From: Deltaproteobacteria bacterium
Lineage (GTDB): Bacteria; Myxococcota_A; Polyangia; Polyangiales; JADJMO01
Direction of reading: 5' to 3'
DNA length: 64,000 bases
Assembly: GCA_016182965.1 (NCBI GenBank)
Contig: JACPFM010000006.1
Coordinates: 9,160 to 73,159 of the forward strand
The position numbers and the translations under genes were made by a program. The notes beneath the pieces were generated by a model that saw nothing but the letters and a program-made list of their open reading frames with translations, made no database searches and had not been told where the DNA came from. Shown here piece by piece: positions 1-8,847 of this stretch (positions within the stretch are counted from its first letter, which is position 1; each line of letters opens with the position of its first letter).

Positions 1-204
1 CATGCTGGCCGATCTCGCGGCCGCCCTCGGCCTGCCCGCGCAGCTTCGCCCGAACGCACACCCGCGGCCGCTCGGCTTCGCGTGCACGACCGCGCGCGCC
101 GACGCGGCATTCCCCGAGCGGACGCGCACGCCCTGGCCGGAAATGGTGCGCCGGACGTTCGTCACAGCCGGATAGCGCGCCGTCGCGATACGCTCCGCTG
201 CGAG

Positions 205-1467
205 ATGGCCGAAGCGTTCACCCGGCGACTGCCCATGCACGAGGAGCGCCGCGCCGACGGGTCGCTCGTGTGCAGACCTCGCTACGCGGTGTGGGAGATC
301 ACGCTGCGATGCGACCAGGCGTGTCGCTTCTGCGGCACCCGCGCCGGGCGCCCGCGCGAGGACGAGCTCTCGACCGCCGAGGCGGTCGACGTCGTGCGCC
401 AGCTCGCCGACATGGGCTGCATGGAGGTCGCGCTGCACGGCGGAGAGACCTACCTGCGAGACGACTGGCTCGACATCGTCCGGGCCATTCGCGATCACGG
501 CATGGACTGCACGATGGTCACCGGTGGCCGCGGCATGACGCAGGAGCGCGCGCGGGCCGCGAAGGAGGCTGGCATCCACGCGGTCAGCGTCTCGATCGAC
601 GGCCTCGACGAGACGCACGACGCGCTCCGCGGCCTGCGGGGGAGCCGCGCGGCCGCGCTGCGCGCGCTGCACGCGCTGAAGGACGTCGGCGTGCGCGTGG
701 GCTGCAACACGCAGCTGAACCAGCGCAACTACCGGGAGCTGCTCCCGCTGGCCGACGAGCTCGCCACGCTCGGGCTCTACGGCTGGCAGGTGCAGCTGAT
801 GGTCCCGATGGGCCGCGCCGCCGACGCGTCGGAGCTATGGCTGCAGCCGTACGATCTGCTCTCGGTGATCCCCGAGGTCGCCGCCGCCCGCGAGCGGTGC
901 GACGCGGTCGGCCTGCGGCTCTGGCCCGGCGACAACATCGGCTACTTCGGCCCCTACGAGCACGTCCTCCGGAAGGCGCGGACGCGCGGCGCGCACTCCG
1001 GCGGGTGCGGCGGCGGGATCATCACCCTCGGCATCGAGGCGAACGGCGACGTGAAGGGCTGCTCGGCGATGGCGACCGAGGGGTTCGTCGCCGGCAACGT
1101 GCGCGACGAGCCGCTCGCCGCGCTGTGGGAGCACGCGCCGGAGCTTCGCTTCACCCGCGACTTCGTGCTCGACGATCTGTGGGGCGCGTGCGCCACCTGT
1201 TACTACGCCGACGTCTGCAAGGGCGGGTGCGTGTGGACGGCATCGGCCCTGCTCGGCAGGCGCGGCAACAACCCGTACTGCCACCACCGCGCGCTCGAGC
1301 TGCTCGCCGCCGGCAAGCGCGAGCGGCTCGAGCTCGTGCACGCGGCCGCCGGCCTGATCCGCGATCGCGCGCGCTTCGAGCTGCACGTCGAGGACGCGCC
1401 GCCCGAGTGGATCGCCTCGTTGACCGTGCCGCGTCAGCTCGCGCCGGTGTCGGGCGGCGGACCGTAG
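205..1467 (+). CDS. Radical SAM enzyme with C-terminal SPASM-like Cys-cluster domain
   Basis: Frame is open from GTG 82; ATG 205 (MAEAF..) is preferred. Radical-SAM motif 'EITLRCDQACRFCG' (CxxxCxxC), 'LHGGETYL', and a C-terminal Cys cluster 'GGCGGG..GDVKGC..CATCYYADVCKGGCVW'. Confidence 0.85.
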   Translation: MAEAFTRRLPMHEERRADGSLVCRPRYAVWEITLRCDQACRFCGTRAGRPREDELSTAEAVDVVRQLADMGCMEVALHGGETYLRDDWLDIVRAIRDHGMDCTMVTGGRGMTQERARAAKEAGIHAVSVSIDGLDETHDALRGLRGSRAAALRALHALKDVGVRVGCNTQLNQRNYRELLPLADELATLGLYGWQVQLMVPMGRAADASELWLQPYDLLSVIPEVAAARERCDAVGLRLWPGDNIGYFGPYEHVLRKARTRGAHSGGCGGGIITLGIEANGDVKGCSAMATEGFVAGNVRDEPLAALWEHAPELRFTRDFVLDDLWGACATCYYADVCKGGCVWTASALLGRRGNNPYCHHRALELLAAGKRERLELVHAAAGLIRDRARFELHVEDAPPEWIASLTVPRQLAPVSGGGP

Positions 1468-1820
1468 GCGCCAGCCATCCCCGAGTCGGCCGGCGTCGTG
1501 TCTTCGGCGCCGGTGTCGGGCGGCGGACCGTACGCGGCGATCGGACCCATGTCGGCGCCGGTGTCGGCGCGGCCGGTGTCGGGCGGCGGACCGTAGGCGG
1601 GTGCCGGCCCGTTGTCGCCGCTCACGTCTGCCGTCGCGTCGGTCACCGGCGAAGGCTCGATCGAGGAGCCGCAGCCGGCCAGCGCGATGCCGAGCCCGAG
1701 GACGACCGCGGCGGACGGCACGAACGGCGCCGTCGATTGCATGGCGGTCCCGCAGAACGGGCAGCGCGGGTCGCGCGGCTTCACGTGCCGCTGGCACGTC
1801 GGGCAGAGCAGAAGGGTCAT
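1434..1820 (-). CDS. Small membrane protein: N-terminal Zn-ribbon, one TM helix, four 'YGPPPDTG' repeats
   Basis: Start 'MTLLLCPTCQRHVKPRDPRCPFCG' (CxxC..CxxC) with GAGG upstream. TM helix 'AAVVLGLGIALAGC'. C-terminal repeats AYGPPPDTG x4. The 3' end overlaps the radical-SAM 3' end by 34 nt. Confidence 0.55.
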   Translation of the reverse strand: MTLLLCPTCQRHVKPRDPRCPFCGTAMQSTAPFVPSAAVVLGLGIALAGCGSSIEPSPVTDATADVSGDNGPAPAYGPPPDTGRADTGADMGPIAAYGPPPDTGAEDTTPADSGMAGAYGPPPDTGAS

Positions 1821-2043
1821 GATGGACCTCGCCTCGTCGCGACGGTCGACCGGCGCGACACGAGCAGCGTCTCGCCGAGCGGGGTCCGCCGTCAAGGACG
1901 GCGGAGACGGCGCACGCGAAGGAGGCCGAGGACGGCCGCCGCGCTACGAATCGCGCGCGTCTCGCAGTACACTCCCCCACACGAACGACGGCGCGAGCGG
2001 GTGGGCGTCTCTCGTGACCCACTCCGAGCATGCGGCAGGACCG

Positions 2044-3243
2044 ATGAGCGCGACCGACGAAGTGAGGAAGACGATCGGCGTCAGGCGCTCGCCCGTCGTG
2101 CGGTGGCTCTTTCGGCTCGCCGTCCCGCCCCTGCCCGTCGCCGCGGTGCTGCTCGGCGCGCGTGCGTGGCGCGCGCGCGCGGCCAGTCGCGTGCCGACCT
2201 TCGTCTCCGAGCCGGCGCGCCGCGCCGACGTGCTGGTGACCGTCACCTCCACCGGGACGCTCGAGGCGGTGACCACCGTCGATGTCGGCGCCGAGGTCAC
2301 CGGCCGCATCCTCAAGCTGAACGTCGGCGAGAACGACAAGGTCAAGAAGGGCCAGGTGCTCGCGCAGATCGACCCCGAGCAGCTCCAGGCCGCGCTCGAT
2401 CAGGCCACCGCGCAGGTCGCCGCCGCCGACGCGTCGGTGCTGCAGGCGAAAGCCACCTTGACCGAGGCGACCATCGTCCTTGATCGCAACAAGAAGCTCC
2501 GCGAGCAGGGCCTGCTCGGCCAGGTCGAGGTCGACACAGCCACCGCCAACAAGGCGCGCGCCGAGGCGACGCTCGCAAGTGCGAAGGCCAACGCGTCGCT
2601 CGCGCGCGCCGCCTACAAGCTCGCGCGCTCGCGCCTCGACAAGACGACCATCATCTCTCCCATCGACGGCGTCGTGCTCTCGCGCTCGGTCGAGCTCGGG
2701 CAGACGGTGACCGCCGGGTTCCAGACGCCGCTCCTCTTCCGGCTCGCCGAGGACCTCACGCGCATGCGGGTGAAGGCCGCGATCGACGAGGCGGACGTCG
2801 GCCGCGTGCGGCCTGGGCTGCCCGCCACCTTCGTGGTCGAGGCCTACCCCGAGCGGAAGTTCCCCTCGACGGTCAGCTCGCTCGGCAACGATCCGAAGAC
2901 GTCGCAGAACGTCGTCACCTACCTCGCGCACCTCGCCGTCGACAACACCGAGAAGCTGCTGCGACCGGGCATGACGTGCACCGCGACGATCGTGTCCGAG
3001 ACCAAGAAGGACGTGCTGGTGGTGCCGAACGCCGCGCTGCGCTTCGTTCCGCCGGCGAAGCCCGGTGAGAAGAAGACCAGCACCGTCGTCGATCCCCGGC
3101 ACCACGTCTGGGTCCTGCAGGGCACGACGCCCGTCTCGATCGAGGTGAAGATCGGCGCGACCGACGGTCTGGTGACCGAGATCGTCTCCGGCGAGGTCAA
3201 GCCCGGCACGGAGGTGCTCGTCGACGTGAAGGAGCTGCCGTGA
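2044..3243 (+). CDS. HlyD/MacA-family periplasmic adaptor (membrane fusion protein)
   Basis: ATG 2044 (MSATDEV..), N-terminal TM helix, lipoyl-like 'VDVGAEVTGRILKLNVGENDKVKKGQVLAQID', coiled-coil region, and beta-barrel 'ISPIDGVVLSRSVELGQTV'. Its stop overlaps the next start (ATGA-type coupling). Confidence 0.85.
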   Translation: MSATDEVRKTIGVRRSPVVRWLFRLAVPPLPVAAVLLGARAWRARAASRVPTFVSEPARRADVLVTVTSTGTLEAVTTVDVGAEVTGRILKLNVGENDKVKKGQVLAQIDPEQLQAALDQATAQVAAADASVLQAKATLTEATIVLDRNKKLREQGLLGQVEVDTATANKARAEATLASAKANASLARAAYKLARSRLDKTTIISPIDGVVLSRSVELGQTVTAGFQTPLLFRLAEDLTRMRVKAAIDEADVGRVRPGLPATFVVEAYPERKFPSTVSSLGNDPKTSQNVVTYLAHLAVDNTEKLLRPGMTCTATIVSETKKDVLVVPNAALRFVPPAKPGEKKTSTVVDPRHHVWVLQGTTPVSIEVKIGATDGLVTEIVSGEVKPGTEVLVDVKELP

Positions 3244-3935
3244 CGGCGCCGCTCGTCGAGCTGCGCGACGTCACCAAGGTCTACGGTCAGGGCGACTCCG
3301 AGGTGCACGCGCTCGCCGGCGCCGACCTGCGCATCGACGACGGCGAGTTCGTCGCGGTGATGGGGGCGAGCGGCTCGGGCAAGTCGACCTGCCTCAACGT
3401 CGTCGGGTGCCTCGATCAACCGACCAGCGGCCACTACCTGTTCCGCGGCGTGGACGTCGGCAGCCTCGATCGCGATCAGCTCGCGCTGCTGCGCCGCCAC
3501 TACCTCGGCTTCGTCTTCCAGAGCTTCAACCTGCTCGCGCGCACCAGCGCCATCGAGAACGTCGAGCTGCCGCTGATCTACCGCCGCGTGCACGCCCGCG
3601 AGCGTCATCGGCTCGCGCTCGCGGCGCTCGCAGAGGTCGGCCTCGCCGATCGGGCGCGCCACACGCCGGCGGAGCTCTCGGGCGGTCAGCAGCAGCGCGT
3701 GGCCATCGCGCGCGCGATCGTCACGAAGCCCCAGATGCTCCTCGCCGACGAGCCGACCGGCAACCTCGACTCGGCGCGCAAGGTCGACATCATGAACCTC
3801 CTCGTGCAGCTCAATCGCGAGCGGAGGATCACCATCGTCATGGTGACGCACGAGCCGGACATGGCGCAGTACACGACGCGCACCGTCCTGTTCAAGGACG
3901 GGCGCGTCGAGCGCGACAGCAAGGCGGGCCCGTGA
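3240..3935 (+). CDS. ABC transporter ATP-binding protein (MacB/LolD type)
   Basis: Walker A 'GASGSGKST', signature 'LSGGQQQRVAIARA', Walker B 'LLADEPTGNLD'. Confidence 0.92.
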   Translation: MTAPLVELRDVTKVYGQGDSEVHALAGADLRIDDGEFVAVMGASGSGKSTCLNVVGCLDQPTSGHYLFRGVDVGSLDRDQLALLRRHYLGFVFQSFNLLARTSAIENVELPLIYRRVHARERHRLALAALAEVGLADRARHTPAELSGGQQQRVAIARAIVTKPQMLLADEPTGNLDSARKVDIMNLLVQLNRERRITIVMVTHEPDMAQYTTRTVLFKDGRVERDSKAGP

Positions 3936-5137
3936 TCTGGGCGACGATCCTGATGGCGCTCCGCGAGATCCGCCGCAACACCATGCGGTCGGTCCTGACG
4001 ACGCTCGGCATCGTCATCGGCGTCGGCTCGGTCATCGCGATGGTGACGCTCGGGCGCGGCGCCTCGGCGCGGATCACCGCCGACATCGCGAACATGGGCA
4101 CCAACCTGGTCATCGTCTCGCCGGGCACCGAGCGGCGCGGGCCGACCAGCGGCAGCGCGAAGCCGTTCGATCTCGACGACGTGAGGGCGATCGAGCGGGA
4201 GGTCTCGGCGGCGAGCCGCGTCGCCCCCGCAGCCGGCCGCGCCGCGCTGCTCGTCTACGGCAACAAGAACCACAACGCGACGATCACCGGCACCACCAAC
4301 GACTACCTCGAGGTGCGCGGCTTCGGCATCGCCCTCGGTCAGAGCTTCTCCGACGCGCAGCTGCAGGCGGGCACCCCGGTCTGCCTCCTCGGTGCGACGG
4401 TGCGCAAGGAGCTCTTCGGACCGCAGGATCCCATCGGCGCGACGGTGCGCGTCGGCACGGTGCCCTGCACGGTCGTCGGGGTCCTCACCTCCAAGGGCCA
4501 GTCGACCTTCGGCATGGATCAGGACGACTTCCTGGTGATGCCGCTCCGCGCGTTCCACCGGCGCATCGCCGGCAACAACGACGTCGCGACCATCTTCGTC
4601 AGCGCGGTCAGCGACACCGCGACCAGCAAGGCCAAGCAGCAGATCGAGCTGCTCATGCGCGAGCGTCGTCACATGGCGCCCGGCCAGCAGAACGACTTCG
4701 CCGTGCAGGACATGAAGGAGATCAGCAACACGCTCGGCAGCGTGACCGGCGCGCTGACCGCGCTGCTCGGCGCCATCGCCGGCGTGAGCCTGCTGGTCGG
4801 CGGCATCGGCATCATGAACATCATGCTGGTGTCGGTCACCGAGCGCACGCGCGAGATCGGCCTGCGCCTGGCGATCGGCGCGCGCGGCGCGGAGGTGTTG
4901 CTGCAGTTCCTCATCGAGGCGGTCACCCTGTCGCTGCTCGGCGGCGCGATCGGGGTGGTCTTCGGGCTCGCCTTGTCCTATTCGGCGGCCCGCGCCCTCA
5001 CCCTGCCGTTCATCGTCCTGCCCGACATCGTGGTCGTGGCCTTCGCCTTCTCGGCGACGGTGGGCGTCGCGTTCGGGTTCCTGCCGGCGCGCAAGGCCTC
5101 GCGCCTCGACCCGATCGAGGCGCTGCGCCACGAGTGA
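3932..5137 (+). CDS. ABC transporter permease, MacB/FtsX type
   Basis: GTG 3932 overlaps the ATPase stop. N-terminal TM helix 'VLTTLGIVIGVGSVIAMV', a large periplasmic domain, and the FtsX-type motif 'GGIGIMNIMLVSVTERTREIGLRLAIGAR'. Confidence 0.88.
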   Translation: MIWATILMALREIRRNTMRSVLTTLGIVIGVGSVIAMVTLGRGASARITADIANMGTNLVIVSPGTERRGPTSGSAKPFDLDDVRAIEREVSAASRVAPAAGRAALLVYGNKNHNATITGTTNDYLEVRGFGIALGQSFSDAQLQAGTPVCLLGATVRKELFGPQDPIGATVRVGTVPCTVVGVLTSKGQSTFGMDQDDFLVMPLRAFHRRIAGNNDVATIFVSAVSDTATSKAKQQIELLMRERRHMAPGQQNDFAVQDMKEISNTLGSVTGALTALLGAIAGVSLLVGGIGIMNIMLVSVTERTREIGLRLAIGARGAEVLLQFLIEAVTLSLLGGAIGVVFGLALSYSAARALTLPFIVLPDIVVVAFAFSATVGVAFGFLPARKASRLDPIEALRHE

Positions 5138-5141
5138 CGGG

Positions 5142-6497
5142 TCAGCCCTTCTTGAGCCCGTGCTTGCGGATCAGGTCGGAGAGGTGGTTGCGATCCATGC
5201 GCGCCTCGCGCGCGGCGGCCGACACGTTGCCTGCGTGGCGGCCGACCAGCCATCGCACGTAGTCACGCTCGAACGCCGCCTCGCGCAGCGCGCGCGTCTC
5301 GCGATAGCTGAGCGCCGGATCGAACTCGCCGCCCGCCGCCGGCGAGGCGCTCGCCGCGCCGAGCGCAGACGGCGGGAAGTCGACCAGCCGCAGCTCCGCC
5401 TCGCCGCTCGCCGCGCTCAGCGCCGACGCGCGCTCGAGGACGTTGCGCAGCTCGCGAACGTTACCAGGCCAAGAATGGGCAGAGAGCGCGTGGATCGTCT
5501 CGCGCGAGACCGCGAGCCGCCCGCCGAGGAACGACTCGACCAGCATCGGCAGGTCGTCGATGCGCTCGCGGAGCGGCGGCACCCGCAGCGACACCACGGC
5601 CAGTCGGTAGTAGAGGTCCTCGCGGAAGCGGCCGGCCGCGACCTCCGCGCGCAGCTCGCGCGACGTCGCCGCGACGACGCGCACGTCAGCGCCGCGCGTC
5701 TCGGCGCCGCCGACACGGCGGAACGTGCGGCTCTCGAGCACCCGCAGCAGCTTCGGCTGCAGCTCGAGCGGCAGCTCGCCGAGCTCGTCGAGGAAGAGCG
5801 TGCCGCCGTCGGCACGTTCGAACGCGCCGGCGCGCGCGGAGACCGCGCCGGTGAACGCGCCGCGCTCGTGACCGAAGAGCTCGCTCTCGACGAGGCCTGG
5901 GACGATCGCGCCGCAGTCGACGACCTCGAACGCTCCGGTTCGGCCGCTGCGTAGATGGACCGAGCGCGCGAGGACGTCCTTGCCGGTGCCCGTCTCGCCG
6001 GTGAGCAGGATGCTCGCCGTGGTCGTCGCCGCCCGCTCGAGGACGCCGAAGACCCGCCGCATCGCCTCGCTGCGGCCGAGGGCGAGCTCGAAGCGCGTCT
6101 CTCTGCTCGTCGGCACGTCGACGCGATCGATGGCGACGGCGACGAGCAGCTCGATGTCTCCGATAGAGAGGACGGTGCCCGGGCCGACGAGCGCCTCGCG
6201 GATGGTCGCGGCGCCGATGCGCGTGCCGTTGGTACTGCCGAGGTCGCGCACGCGAAGGCCCTCGCGAACGCGCATGATCTCGAGGTGCTTGCGCGAGACG
6301 GTCTCGTCGTCGAGCACGAGATCGCTCGTCGCGGCCTTGCCGATGATCGCGACCGCGCCAGCCGCGCCGGGCACGGCGAAGGTGGTGCCTCTGGCGGAGC
6401 CGGACAACACGATGAGGATCGCGCCGTCGGGCGACGTCGGGCGCGAGACGTTCCTGGTGACGCCCTCGATGTCGTCTTGCGTGTCGTCGCGAGTCAT
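5142..6497 (-). CDS. FHA-domain sigma-54-dependent transcriptional activator (NtrC/Fis family EBP)
   Basis: N-terminal FHA ('[17 protein letters not shown]'); AAA+ 'GETGTGKD' and '[15 protein letters not shown]' (GAFTGA loop); C-terminal Fis-type HTH '[25 protein letters not shown]'. Confidence 0.9.
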   Translation of the reverse strand: MTRDDTQDDIEGVTRNVSRPTSPDGAILIVLSGSARGTTFAVPGAAGAVAIIGKAATSDLVLDDETVSRKHLEIMRVREGLRVRDLGSTNGTRIGAATIREALVGPGTVLSIGDIELLVAVAIDRVDVPTSRETRFELALGRSEAMRRVFGVLERAATTTASILLTGETGTGKDVLARSVHLRSGRTGAFEVVDCGAIVPGLVESELFGHERGAFTGAVSARAGAFERADGGTLFLDELGELPLELQPKLLRVLESRTFRRVGGAETRGADVRVVAATSRELRAEVAAGRFREDLYYRLAVVSLRVPPLRERIDDLPMLVESFLGGRLAVSRETIHALSAHSWPGNVRELRNVLERASALSAASGEAELRLVDFPPSALGAASASPAAGGEFDPALSYRETRALREAAFERDYVRWLVGRHAGNVSAAAREARMDRNHLSDLIRKHGLKKG

Positions 6498-6530
6498 CCA
6501 GCGTCCGCAGAGTAGGCGGTCCCGCCGGCG

Positions 6531-7907
6531 GTGGCGATGACGCGATGCCGTCGACTACACTCCGCCGAGGCCATGTCCCCCGAGCCTTCGGCGTTGCCCG
6601 TCGATCACGTCGCGGCCGGCAAGTGGCGCGTCGTGCGGCTGATCGCCAGCGGCGGGATGGGCAGCGTGTACGAGGCCGAGCACCTGCGCACCCATGGGCG
6701 CGTGGCCCTCAAGGTCCTCAACGACGACGCGAGGCGCGACCCCTCTTCGCGCACGAGGTTCGAGCGCGAGGCGCGCGCCACGGGCCGGCTCCGTAGCCGC
6801 CACGTCGCGCGGGTGCTCGACGTCGACACGCTCGAGGACGACACCCCCTTCCTGGTGATGGAGCTGCTGGCCGGCCGCGATCTGTCGCGCGAGGTCAAGG
6901 AGCGTGGAGCGCTGCCGGTGGCGGAGGCCGCGGCGATCGTCGTGCAAGCGGCCGCCGGCGTGGCCGAGGCGCACGCCGCCGGGATCGTCCACCGCGATCT
7001 GAAGCCGGCGAATATCTTCCTCTCCGAAGAGGGCGCGCAGCGCGTCGCCAAGGTGCTCGATTTCGGCATCTCCAAGGTGCCGACCGAGGGCGACGAAGAG
7101 GAGATCACGCGCACGCTCGCGACGGTCGGAACGCCTGGGTACATGTCGCCGGAGCAGATTCGCGCGCCGCGCGACGTCGACGCCGCGACCGACGTGTGGT
7201 CGCTCGGCGTCATCCTCTACCGGCTGCTCGCGGGGCGCGTGCCCTTCTCCGGCAACTCGTCGTCGGTCGCGGTGGCGATCTGCCACGACGCGCCGCAGCC
7301 GATCGGCGCGATGCGCGGCGACGTGCCGGCCGAGGTCCTCGCGCTGGTCGACGCCGCGCTGCAGAAGGACAAGGCGTTCCGCCCGACGCTCCGTGAGCTC
7401 GCCGACGTCCTCGTCGAGCACGTCGGCGACGGCGCCCTGGCCGCGGTCGCCCGCGAGGCGCACGCCGAGCTCGGCCGGATCGCGGGGCTGCCGGCGAGCT
7501 CCGGCGTGCTCTTGCGACCGGTGGTGTCGCATCCGGAGGTTGCCACCGTCGCGATGAACGCGATCGTCGAGCCTGCCGCTGCCCCGGCGTCGCGCCGACG
7601 CGCGCTCTTCGTGACCGCGGGCGTGCTCCTGACGGGGTGCGCGCTCGCGCTGTTCGGGCTGACCCGCGGCTCGCGGACCGCCGCGAACGACGCGCCGACG
7701 GCCGCGCCGACGCACGCTTCGCCGATGCCGTCGATCAGCGTATCGTCGGCCGCCTCCGCGAGCGCCGCACCACCGCCCGCGTCGCCCTCCGTCTCCGGTG
7801 TCGCGTCCGTCGCAGGTGCGTCGGCGTCCCCGTCCTCGAAGCCCAAGCCCCTGGCCGCCACCACCCATGCTCCCAAAGCCCCGGCGCAGCCCCCGCCTCG
7901 CCTCTGA
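6531..7907 (+). CDS. Hanks-type Ser/Thr protein kinase with C-terminal TM helix and Pro/Ala/Ser-rich tail
   Basis: 'HRDLKPANIF', 'DFGISK', 'GTPGYMSPEQ'. Alternative starts are GTG 6531, ATG 6537 and ATG 6573. Divergent from the FHA activator gene. Confidence 0.9.
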   Translation: MAMTRCRRLHSAEAMSPEPSALPVDHVAAGKWRVVRLIASGGMGSVYEAEHLRTHGRVALKVLNDDARRDPSSRTRFEREARATGRLRSRHVARVLDVDTLEDDTPFLVMELLAGRDLSREVKERGALPVAEAAAIVVQAAAGVAEAHAAGIVHRDLKPANIFLSEEGAQRVAKVLDFGISKVPTEGDEEEITRTLATVGTPGYMSPEQIRAPRDVDAATDVWSLGVILYRLLAGRVPFSGNSSSVAVAICHDAPQPIGAMRGDVPAEVLALVDAALQKDKAFRPTLRELADVLVEHVGDGALAAVAREAHAELGRIAGLPASSGVLLRPVVSHPEVATVAMNAIVEPAAAPASRRRALFVTAGVLLTGCALALFGLTRGSRTAANDAPTAAPTHASPMPSISVSSAASASAAPPPASPSVSGVASVAGASASPSSKPKPLAATTHAPKAPAQPPPRL

Positions 7908-8847
7908 TCCGCGGCTCGTGGCGTGGGTCCTCGCGCTCACGGCGCTCTCGCCGTCGTTCGCTGCCGGCGCCGCGCCCAAGTCGGCGCCGACGACGCCCAC
8001 GGCGAAGACGGCGGCGCAGCTGAAGGCCGAGGGCGACAAGGCGTTCGACGCCTTTCTCTACGAGGACGCGCTCCGGGCCTACGAGGCGGCGTGGGAGCTC
8101 TCGCCCGACCCCGCGCTCCTCTACAACCGCGGGCGCGCGCTGCAGGCGCTCGGTCGACACCCCGAGGCGCTGACGATGCTCGAGCGGTTCGCCGCCGAGG
8201 CGCCGCCCGACCTGAAGGCGAAGGTGCCCGGCCTCTCCAAGCTCATCGCCGACGTGCGCGCCCGTGTCGCCACGTTGCACGTCGCGTGCGAACCGAAGGA
8301 CGCGCAGGTGGTCGTGGGCGATCGCGTCTACGGCACCTGCGCCACGGTCTCCGAGCTGCGCCTGGTCGCCGGCGCGACGACGGTGAAGGTCGAGCGCGAG
8401 GGGCACTTTCCGTTCCGGCGCGACGTGAAGCTCGAGGGCGGCTCGGCGGTGACCGTCGAGGCGCGGCTGCTCGCGCGCGCGACCTCCGGCGTCCTCGCGG
8501 TCGTCGTCGATCCGGCCGCCGCGCGCGTGAGCGTCGACGGCAAGTTCGTGGGCAACGCGCCGGTCGAGCTGGTGCTCTCGGCGGGCACGCACGACATCTC
8601 CACGCAGAGCCCCGGCTACGAGCCGCTCGCGTCGAAGGCGGTGGTAAAGGCCGACGGCCGCATCGACGTGCGCCTGACCATGAAGCAGACGCCGGGGCTC
8701 ACGTCGCGCTGGTGGTTCTGGACGAGCATCGGCGCGGTGGTGACGACCGGCGTCGTGTTGACGATCGCGCTCACCACCGAGCGCGACGCGCCGAGCGGCG
8801 ACTTCTCTCCCGGCCGCGTCGGCGCACCGCTGTGGAGGTTCGAATGA
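7867..8847 (+). CDS. Secreted TPR plus PEGA-domain protein with C-terminal TM anchor
   Basis: ATG 7867 gives a signal-like 'MLPKPRRSPRL..VAWVLALTALSPSFAAG'. TPR-like 'YEDALRAYEAAWELSPDPALLYNRGRALQALG'. Two PEGA-like beta units ('VDPAAARVSVDGKFVGNAPVEL'). TM helix 'WWFWTSIGAVVTTGVVLTIAL'. Confidence 0.75.
   Translation: MLPKPRRSPRLASDPRLVAWVLALTALSPSFAAGAAPKSAPTTPTAKTAAQLKAEGDKAFDAFLYEDALRAYEAAWELSPDPALLYNRGRALQALGRHPEALTMLERFAAEAPPDLKAKVPGLSKLIADVRARVATLHVACEPKDAQVVVGDRVYGTCATVSELRLVAGATTVKVEREGHFPFRRDVKLEGGSAVTVEARLLARATSGVLAVVVDPAAARVSVDGKFVGNAPVELVLSAGTHDISTQSPGYEPLASKAVVKADGRIDVRLTMKQTPGLTSRWWFWTSIGAVVTTGVVLTIALTTERDAPSGDFSPGRVGAPLWRFE

Noticed and set aside
835-3105. 756-aa ORF on the minus strand (and the 737-aa ORF 270-2483 on the plus strand)
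   Set aside because: It runs antisense or out of frame to the radical-SAM and MacA genes. The translation is Arg/Gly/Ala/Pro-rich low complexity without motifs. This is the typical stop-codon-poor alternative frame of very GC-rich DNA.
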